From the NCBI GenBank assembly GCA_965279325.1, contig OZ257154.1, positions 5,030,510 to 5,094,509 of the forward strand: a stretch of DNA of 64,000 bases, read 5' to 3'. The translations under genes were made by a program, and so were the position numbers. How positions within the stretch are numbered: position 1 is the stretch's first letter; each line of letters begins with the position of its first letter. A model generated the notes under the pieces. That model saw nothing but the letters and a program-made list of their open reading frames with translations, made no database searches and was not told the DNA's origin. Shown piece by piece: positions 61,501 to 64,000 of this stretch. This stretch comes from Burkholderiales bacterium. GTDB taxonomy: Bacteria > Pseudomonadota > Gammaproteobacteria > Burkholderiales > Ga0077523.

Positions 61501-64000
61501 ACGGTCAGGCCCAGCGTGGTCGCTACGTTAGCCCCGGTGCCGAGCGAGGCGGCGGTCTCGCCGTTGATGATTGCCCTCGCATCGGTGTCGAAGGGCGGCA
61601 GTATCGGGATCGGCAGGTCGGCGGGCAGCTTGTCCGCGATGGCGGAGAGGCCGACGCCGTTCAGGGTGAGGATGTTGACGTTGACGATGCTGGTGGTCGC
61701 GGTCGCGGTCTTGTCCGATTCCGCCGTGACCGTAGCGCTGCGCGCCCGCACCCGACCCGAAACGTGGGCACGCGTGTTGGACTGCGCCAGTGCCAGCGTG
61801 GCCTGCGCCCCGATGGTGAAGAGCCCGACGTTGGCGTCGACCAGATTCGGGTTGGCCGTGTCGTTCGAATCGGCGCTCACGTTGACGCTGCCGCCCGAGG
61901 TGATGGTGATGTCGGCGCCCTCGCCGATGAAGGCCTCGGTGTCGCCCGACGTCTGTTCGGCTTCGAAGCCTACTTCGCCCGTGAACACGGCGATGCCCAC
62001 GAAGCTCACGTTCGCGTTGCCGTTGCGGATGGCGTCGGCGGTGACATCGAGCTGGGTCGCGGTGATCACACCGGTCGCCTCGGCACGGGCGCTCTGGCCG
62101 GCCAGCGTCTCGGCGATCATGATGCCCGCCGCCGCGAACCCCGAACCGGCGAACCCGCCGGCACCGGCATCCGGCGCGGCGTCCGCAGTCGCGTGGATCA
62201 GTATCGCGCCGGCGTTGACGATGGATCCGCCGGCGATGGCGGCCCGGGCCTGCCCGCCGGTTTCGGCGATGGCGACACCGCCGCTCGCGGCGGCGAGCGC
62301 GCCGGCGCTGAAGCCGACCGAGCTCGCGCTGACCTGGGGCGTGTAAGTGGCGAGGATGCTCAGTGCGTCTGCCGCGACGACGCGGGTCGCCGGGCCGTCG
62401 GCCGGGTCCGGACTGTCGATCACCGCCTGCACGTCGTCGGCCACCTTGCTCGACGCGAACGAGAGCCCGGCACCCACGAGACCACCCGCCGCGGCACCGC
62501 CGGCATCGGCATCGACGTCGGTGTCGTCGAGCGCGATGACGAGCACGTCGGCGGCCGATCCGACGTCGGCGCTGCCGTCGATGAACGCACGGATCGAGCT
62601 GGCGAAGTCGTTGATGGCGATGGTGCCGACCCCGCTCGCCACACCACCCACGGAGAAGCCGAGGGCATCCGCCGCGGCTTCGAGGCTGGACACTGCGGAG
62701 ATGAAGACATCGCCCGAGGTGGTTTCGACGGCGGCACCGCCGATACCCGCGGTGACTTCGTTGGTCGCCTTGTTCCGCGAGAACGAGGCCCCCACGCCCG
62801 CGCCGAGGCCGACCGCGAGACCGCCGGCATCTGCGTCGATGGTCGAATCGTCGCGGGCGCGCACGCGCACCTCGCCCGACGAAACCAGGCTCGCAGCGTC
62901 GCGCACCACGGCGCGCGTGGTGTTGGAGAGTTCGTTGACGGTCACCGTACCCACCCCGGCGATCAGGCCGGAGGCGGAAAGGCCGAGCGCGAGCGCGTCG
63001 ACGTCGTAGTCGGTGGTCGCCGCCACGTCGATCCCGCCGTCGCCCGCGTTCACGGTCGCCCCTTCGATGAACGCCTCCACGGTGTTGTCCATCACGTTCA
63101 CGGCGAAGGACGCGCCGGCCGCACCCACGATGCTGACCGATATCGCGCCGGTGTCCGCATCGAGGGTCGAGGTGTCGGTCGCCTGGACGACGACCGTGCC
63201 GGCGTCGATCGTCCCGGTGCCGCCGATGCCCGCGCGTGTGGTGTTGGCAATGATGTTGGCTTCGACCGAGCCCGCGACCGCGACGAGCCCGCCGGCGGCC
63301 AGGCCGAGCGCTTCCGGTGCGTAGGGCACGGCCGTGGTCGCGATGACGTTGAGGGTGCCGTTGCCGACGAAGACGGAACCGTCCACCTCCGCGCGCGCCT
63401 CGCTGTTGGTGTAGTTGAACCCCGCGCCCACCGCGGCGGCGAAGATCGCGCTGATCGACCCGCCCAGCGCGAAGCTGTCGAAGTCGTGATTGGTCTTGGC
63501 GCGCACGTCCACGCCGTCCGTGGCGATGACGATCGCGCCGTCGCCGATGGATGCCTCGACCAGGTCGCCCTCCAGCGTGATGGTGCCGGCGCCGGCGGCC
63601 CCGGCCGCCGCTACGGCCCCGAACGCAGCCTCGCCTGCGAATGCTTCCGCCCGCGCGCGGCCGGCATCCACGACGTTGTCGCCCACGCGTCGCAGGTTCG
63701 CGAGCAGGTCGATGCGGCCCGCGGATTCCACGGTCGCGCCGTCGCCGATGCTCACTTCGGTGTGATTGCGCAGCGCGTTGACGGCGAGCGATCCGGCGAG
63801 GTTGCCGCCGAGGTTGAAGGCAGCGCTCGCGGCGTTCGCGTCGTAGTCGAAGGGCAGGTCGGCTTCGCCCGAGGCGACGAGCGAGATCGAGTTCGCGCTG
63901 ACCGAGGCCCCGTTGCCGATGCGTGCGGAATGTTCGCCTTCGGAGTAGTTGCCCGCCGCTGCCACGCCCACCGCGACCACGCCGCCGATGGCGAGCGCGT
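46581..64000 (-). CDS. Giant multidomain secreted surface protein (5' end outside the window): solenoid-type repeats, internal RTX block, beta-propeller, two parallel beta-helix regions, Ig-like modules and a C-terminal cohesin-dockerin-cohesin-like tail
   Basis: Single stop-free frame from 64000 to the TGA at 46581. The track shows 5,799 aa from an internal GTG, and the frame stays open to the window edge. Domain motifs are listed in the sub-features. Confidence 0.9.
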   Translation of the reverse strand, partial: ALAIGGVVAVGVAAAGNYSEGEHSARIGNGASVSANSISLVASGEADLPFDYDANAASAAFNLGGNLAGSLAVNALRNHTEVSIGDGATVESAGRIDLLANLRRVGDNVVDAGRARAEAFAGEAAFGAVAAAGAAGAGTITLEGDLVEASIGDGAIVIATDGVDVRAKTNHDFDSFALGGSISAIFAAAVGAGFNYTNSEARAEVDGSVFVGNGTLNVIATTAVPYAPEALGLAAGGLVAVAGSVEANIIANTTRAGIGGTGTIDAGTVVVQATDTSTLDADTGAISVSIVGAAGASFAVNVMDNTVEAFIEGATVNAGDGGIDVAATTDYDVDALALGLSASGLIAGVGTVTVNELSNTTRAVVRDAASLVSSGEVRVRARDDSTIDADAGGLAVGLGAGVGASFSRNKATNEVTAGIGGAAVETTSGDVFISAVSSLEAAADALGFSVGGVASGVGTIAINDFASSIRAFIDGSADVGSAADVLVIALDDTDVDADAGGAAAGGLVGAGLSFASSKVADDVQAVIDSPDPADGPATRVVAADALSILATYTPQVSASSVGFSAGALAAASGGVAIAETGGQARAAIAGGSIVNAGAILIHATADAAPDAGAGGFAGSGFAAAGIMIAETLAGQSARAEATGVITATQLDVTADAIRNGNANVSFVGIAVFTGEVGFEAEQTSGDTEAFIGEGADITITSGGSVNVSADSNDTANPNLVDANVGLFTIGAQATLALAQSNTRAHVSGRVRARSATVTAESDKTATATTSIVNVNILTLNGVGLSAIADKLPADLPIPILPPFDTDARAIINGETAASLGTGANVATTLGLTVTANSGNSATSNNLSTGATFVNVSDTGSSATVNGTTLVQIDQGASVDVGSLITTATSDNNAVAAAEYAGASGVNVQLADVVAQTGHVTSAYLGPAKGNLPDTSLSGTLRVDNGGLNLRASSDNDATVAQVTIDASLVTVEKVKPEANAGGATRAYAGGNFDIFADSVAVEAVSLNDASSAAVAFEIGLVDVDLNERSARTTHVTEAFTGPRADLAISGGALTLDATSTNDATVDQITPIDLGAVELNFVKSTADAGGSTLAYVDQGSTISAAGLTANATADNNADVARFQMGASLFTLQKATPVARTTHVVDAYVGPAAGVDPSGPAGTLTLGGNLALNADSTNEANVGEVNISLSLVAVDLVEPDISTLGTTRVHVGGDYTVNATGITGQATATNTAGSDTVPIKLGLVDVTEVTAAVLTNHATEAFVGRNADFVLNGGGISLGAESRNEADLNRFELGASLVSVGTFKPSVNTGGSTRAFVEEGAEVRAGSLSLAADAENTATVDSAIVATSIVDISVIRPTVQTSHVVESYVGPRAGAPATGAAGIIDVGGALSLHAGQVGSGNTASLDALSISIGLVTFDSVRPDVIVGGQTLAHLGGTFALDAGAINVTASAPDNTASTNVFSLDVGAVNVGGGTSAVRVAHETASYVADAAAITVTGGPLAFLAESTSHADSESFSVSIGAVGVEDVDSTATVEGATRAFVGANASLTANDLSLTARSIGNRADAALSSVGVSLVNAVFLDPTANTTHTAEAFIAGGANVNARDIELSSVLGSTADADVDTAGIGLVSVGSVNPTANANDLTRSFIDGIVTSRNLELTANAVRVGDANTNLVNLGLVGVADAESTGNTTGNTQVYFGSGSRLTASGNVAANAVANNRANAKTSGGAGGIVGAGILDSTATLTGATTAYVNAGAQVLQAGNFEVQATAVNTAKSDTLTATGGVVSARGAQATTNLTPFIEAVIDNDVSMQNIGGSVTVRADSVRAEGDSTARSYGGGLVDIGASNADTTVTPTINAFIDTGATLDVAGSVRVEALARAQPLEALGDTFTTNAATINDDTITFVQHGVATGDIVTYNANGNTAIGTANGPLVAGREYRAIATGEDTLQLGAVFDASGANTGDLFAPQAGVDAARDRIRFSTQHGFVNGDAVKYDANGTLISTSLNETGTFFVRRLDDFTVKLYATLNEALGAGGFADRNFVSGAVDATTDIVTIAGHGFAENQALAYRVAPAREFRSTGVDVTVAGDTATAIDNDRIFIEGHGYGTGNRLIYRVEPGGAPIGGLTDGTAYFVIVVDANHIQLAATRDGADPDDADDDVPVTPIALSPNKTSPNDLDRHFLVREAIGGLSDGVTYYARNVTANTFQLATSPGGAPITSLDGTNRVGVHAFARAGFDLTAQSGTHSLRIDLTTAPAGNHLLLGDDGVSLRTLSPPAGDGQSSASAVGGGGGFVASGDPDGTLRLTQNVQAYVAPALLQAGGNVDVRSVSTGNTSSYGSNAGGGFVAVGNADSRTTINHSNRAYIGTDDGAGNIVANGVNVEAGGHLSVSTASTLDASITSNADGGGFVASVDADSPGNVNDATQAVVGSNARVTARSVELLSEWSHMLVDYNADASAGGLFGSASATSSGTVRANALTAIRGGAQVTGWEGVDVRALHHDTGINQSDVNGSFIGIGPGDSNDNANFEATTLIDADPGAVITAGPRILPGVGVPSGDVTPLEQPAGFDRLALYVEIDSDTAPRDIDWDSNVILLPGPNPNLVVGPDGRIVKAINVSVTGVGSAIGTFVDPDGDGRFFVDDIINDNDRGQALFRSDNTGDSNIVTALPNGPLFTFRETYAKVDILNQSILDMGINAIEVVNTFLTTPEREVIIEVDLVNGFEFDVNHDFKPTLITIQATHPGNPNLRPDITFFGVVNNPIGMTNVFNASGDILSSLPGGGEFPTPSGLIRTDSFRIEAVLGSVGLTDAQRLRLEIVESNDGPTAAADRYRTSDAGGRNFMELRGLLRRALVGSEGTTGFNVDVERIRSGSGRSIDVNLELLNGLSQPTVVPGPYRIEVFEPATIVNSFAVPPGLIGGPNRTTTVTDHFTVSPGSVATIFPRGVWGAGFTAVDANYVVGVPFDPDRRIISGSNIDVLGIPGAGDLPFINFVAWTDILGEGNIDTRTNGHITMTEELGDFRVGLIESTRRNVNLTGRLADIIDAPDEEGSGGGTTPDVVGVNLTFNSPQGRVGTFENPLEINSSSFSVGVVKGDALSDIVLVELGTLNVDRIRSELGDVSLLALDGSILDFFDDVAADVIGVNLFLTANGSAIGATANDLDIDSSTVRPGRLAARANNSIFITETDSSLNVQSAIAPGGPVRLTVTDTIATDEDLILMEGGVIFSNETSITLNVGDDIDTRLGSGMFAAQDIFINGDFGDADAGLGSRIVLRGAMIADSTRITTLRDDDEVRIENGILNTFISTSAGDDLIFGSDGGSDDPNISDTIYFGDYIDAGPGNDRIYGLGGADTILAGAGDDYVEGGANGDIIDSGDGDDVVRGGFGGDNIHGGAGVDDIDGGADNDILYGDDGDDQVHAGTGAINIIFGGAGDDVLKGSDEGRDGILGDAGRDYIFGYGGNDLLLGADGDDIVDGGAGDDTIQGGAGRDVLVGGADHDIISGDDATAGDDNAVDYLYGDFGTNLNEPGSGNDQLNGQGGNDVEFGEGGDDSIIDPLGASNLINAGASDDPNLIVVPPATPNPVLAITVDDAFAVNTLPSGPTYSGWWAEIAASATGFGLSGGVGAALDTTVAVDQNGVRYAAWADSRNGNYEIYVARESSSGWEMIGGSADGGGVSGSATDSRRPALLIFNGRATVVWTEVNGNGTDIQGAQYDAGTNSWITLGNSLLPGGISNTARADQAQIVEANGRLVVSWIDTSVLASVYARTFDGVSWVDVTPGSATGLGITQWQPGVAEYDLAAAGNNLAVTWSSGFADDVEVYARVREGATWIGIGGSADPGGLSKSVTESREPDVAWLGNQLFVAYRERINDFEQIYVKTFVGGTWISAGPDGAVKTGVSDTSRRSLDPKLESGGGELFLAWVDHHNADYADPDARIYVKRWNGTRFVETLPGDASGGGISATGGKLSALDLAVGTNGLPTVGWTDDASGLPQAYLRTVTELPGNVFFASALVSVQSILNANDLGAGDVIVLAPGAYSGFTLGANDAGVTILGAQGGGSIVTGAVNAQAGGVIQRLTLAAGITITTTADDLALVDNLIGGNGVTIAGSGGLQVLHNRFSGTTGITIAGAAKGLIAHNDVFASGTGLSIQAEFAGDIRDNDFRNAAVGVRYDASAPLNGNRIRGNDVGVRSTVAGPAGALGFATGSRPNEITGNTLGVQLVDAQIQNQHVSGNKRGIAGSGTVGGIDLASANVIEGNDIGIDRLDGTIRFNRIGSNGNGIVAATDSRIEDNQLYRNKIAVLADGVSGVAIERNTMYTPLGNLVQVTGGSSDIRVERNTLWTEDGYDLFIANDSQTGFFSDWNNLYATGKGKVGFWTRDFVDVLDWQADIARFDLHSVGATVVNPEWARPRFVDRHGDDYAFFPMFGTQRFTSPGTLPQPGVAHIALRTPDLYVDAVRDRPLAIRWESFSNTGGSAVRIDLYRDTPDGPAFLATIAAATPDDGEFLWTPATSGIAFGTKGLRIQVSWVANPLVLDRSQEPFTVPEAGTDYFVDDGSNTNDEYTPAAVGNNRNTGKVASAPKPFATNLLRVYDVTPGSRIFVDTGVYSMIDPVAVSGSVNLGLGLDRGFLLTGPTNAARIAALLPAIPGDRSRPLIELNDADGVEVAHLTLRDAQRGLYAHNGADDLSVHDLDVFGHALDGIRLETNSAGNDFYALSAHENGGYGIFISGAIGTLTDSSASQNRGGGFALRGPVDEVLRNVADDNTGYGFEIRDPGEALIQGNFSLRNSRGMLVDNTVGGSALVGSKDLAPGTGNLIWENLSLGAEAYGNVVFAGNTVTRQTGAGSIGLRLGRGAVGLSNVIYANAIGIDADSATVQGNRVYGNTTVGIRASSSDALENVVYSSPIGMQLGGSGVLARNNLVYDTDVAALVLTGAPGAEIVNNTLFALAGDALQIGGASTGVGIRNNILWAENGFGVRVAPDSPTGFTSDTNVFFRGLLGTGSVGFFGNAARGSFAAWRTATGTDTDSIFANPLFVDPDGADGVLGYSAGVSDGRDDDFHERSLNGSYHGGSLAPVEGPSFFGIPGRAELPIPIVIADAQQSPAIDRGDAGDPFANEPPPNGGYINVGAYGNTFQASLSPVQYVLVMAPNGGEAIPQLSTFDIRWRHDGFAGPVDIAVSASGSGGPFTTIAANEANDDLYQWTVDETLFPAGTNYFVRITQSANPAIGDRSDVAFSILHAPLVVTGFTPTASGFDVQFNRAYDTAGLNLYDGAGGGFGLPDVVVTGPAGVVRGSIALDADRKGLVFVNTGIPLVDGSYTVRIESGATALRDLTGIALDGNADGVAGDDYVTAFTVTGSSGPRIGIADFARGPDQDIGVAQGPAGVPIRIANAGTFTTAELEIHYDPALLKVSGISNPAGGTATVDLTTPGVAAVKIVFATPVSGANLELGRLLGTVPTSAPYGAKQQLDVRNVAIDGSSAGVRDDDAIQVIAYIGDTTGNAAYSSLDAQRIQRVVLRLDTGFSAYPLADPLIIGDTGGSGRLESADALLVQRKILSLPVPEIPDLPASPPAVFRSGPDPLLTLGAAGTAAPGQIVTVPVQLDTAAGLDSVQLRIGYDASALEILDVRRSGLTGDFGWFLKSDSAGLLKVDMSRLEALSGGSGKVLEIDFRVQDHAASGRYAIDLQWASLNEDGLTLNPRPVTGADPTDTTLLVARPPRAVPELRAQLVDWTSSFRTTPPGDVGPETSNRGPRGSDSPYAPVVGDAERKGSSRAGVPTPPQWLGQASQGTSQPGTSPGIAGNLQPRLLTRPADAETGWIANRRH
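46950..47320 (-). other. Cohesin-like module 2 of the giant protein (approximate bounds)
   Basis: GAAGTAAPGQIVTVPVQLDTAAGLDSVQLRIGYDASALEILDV...GKVLEIDFRVQDHAASGRYAIDL. Matches the cohesin pattern (G..V.VPV.L.....I...Q..I.YD...L) by eye. Confidence 0.55.
47385..47585 (-). other. Dockerin-like duplicated F-hand segment of the giant protein (approximate bounds)
   Basis: Two 22-residue segments, GDTTGNAAYSSLDAQRIQRVVL and GDTGGSGRLESADALLVQRKIL, separated by 17 residues. Follows the dockerin pattern GD.N.DG.....D......I/L L, with several Ca-ligand positions substituted. Confidence 0.5.
47612..47970 (-). other. Cohesin-like module 1 of the giant protein (approximate bounds)
   Basis: GPAGVPIRIANAGTFTTAELEIHYDPALLKVSGI...VKIVFATPVSGANLELGRLLGTV. 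Cohesin-like pattern by eye. Confidence 0.5.
48900..50410 (-). other. Parallel beta-helix (PbH1-type) region 2 of the giant protein
   Basis: Serial ~22-residue turns: GIRLETNSAGNDFYALSAHENGGYGIFISG..., NVIYANAIGIDADSATVQGNRVYGNTTVGIRA..., NNILWAENGFGVRV. Ends in FANPLFVDPDGADG. Confidence 0.65.
50950..52000 (-). other. Parallel beta-helix (PbH1-type) region 1 of the giant protein
   Basis: Turns such as HNRFSGTTGITIAG, AHNDVFASGTGLSIQ, IRGNDVGVRS, ITGNTLGVQL, IEGNDIGIDR, IEDNQLYRNKIAVLA, IERNTMY, VERNTLW. Confidence 0.65.
52050..53250 (-). other. Six- or seven-bladed beta-propeller-like region of the giant protein
   Basis: About seven ~55-residue units with the pattern hydrophobic-x-W/Y....(E/Q)IYV/YAR....W......GG(I/L/V)S, e.g. 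RYAAWADSRNGNYEIYVARESSSGWEMIGG and LFVAYRERINDFEQIYVKTFVGGTWIS. Confidence 0.55.
53380..54110 (-). repeat. RTX (haemolysin-type Ca-binding) nonapeptide repeat block, about 20 units, internal to the giant protein
   Basis: GPGNDRIYG LGGADTILA GAGDDYVEG GANGDIIDS GDGDDVVRG ... GAGDDTIQG GAGRDVLVG ... GSGNDQLNG QGGNDVEFG EGGDDSI. Confidence 0.85.
58350..64000 (-). repeat. Array of ~54-residue (~162-nt) degenerate solenoid-type repeats in the giant protein; continues beyond the window
   Basis: Units counted by hand at 53-55 aa, e.g. NTTRAGIGGTGTIDAGTVVVQATDTSTLDADTGAISVSIVGAAGASFAVNVMD. Further in, they alternate between a T.HV.EAFVG type and a GGST.AYV type. Confidence 0.7.

Noticed and set aside
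63480-64000. Apparent 1-nt discrepancy between my hand-indexing of the printed sequence and the ORF-track coordinates near the window end (e.g. ORF 63490..63765 and the 63980 start).
   Set aside because: This is most likely my own reading or counting error on the last lines, because all checks up to about 63.3 kb agree with the track. I used the track coordinates and do not interpret it as a frameshift.

Overview
High-GC proteobacterial chromosomal window (no rRNA, tRNA, transposase, integrase or CRISPR array seen by eye). All family and domain calls come from reading motifs in the supplied translations, not from HMM or BLAST searches. Start codons were chosen by hand from signal peptides, SD boxes and neighbouring stops.

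Positions 1-46 kb hold about 60 mostly ordinary genes:
- Core metabolism: class I DAHP synthase, cspA, threonine ammonia-lyase, selD, and an amidase/NIPSNAP/FAH-fold group.
- A sugar-acid type cluster: split UxaA, an enolase-superfamily dehydratase, a PQQ dehydrogenase and a CitE-like lyase.
- A copper-tolerance-like cluster: TolC-like lipoprotein, Tat multicopper oxidase and a His/Met-rich small protein.
- Others: a GAF-GGDEF cyclase, SRAP/YedK, an AraC regulator and several transporters.
- Exported proteins are unusually frequent, including two PEP-CTERM proteins.

Positions 46.6-64 kb are a single minus-strand ORF of at least 5,800 codons that runs off the window edge. It encodes a giant surface protein with about 54-residue solenoid-type repeats, an internal RTX block, a beta-propeller, two parallel beta-helix regions and a C-terminal cohesin-dockerin-cohesin-like tail. 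One nucleotide downstream lies a small PEP-CTERM protein with a cohesin-like body. This pair is the best candidate here for an undescribed surface-anchoring system.

Secondary points:
- A family of roughly 96-nt G/C-tract composite palindromic elements occurs at 4 loci. One copy sits in frame inside the 5' end of the TolC-like gene.
- A separate inverted repeat is built from CCTTCGTGN nonamers.
- There is an orphan C39-like (CLD) fragment of a type I secretion ABC transporter.
- An alpha-carbonic anhydrase carries an extra N-terminal domain.

Many long ORFs in the track are antisense shadow ORFs typical of high-GC DNA and were rejected.
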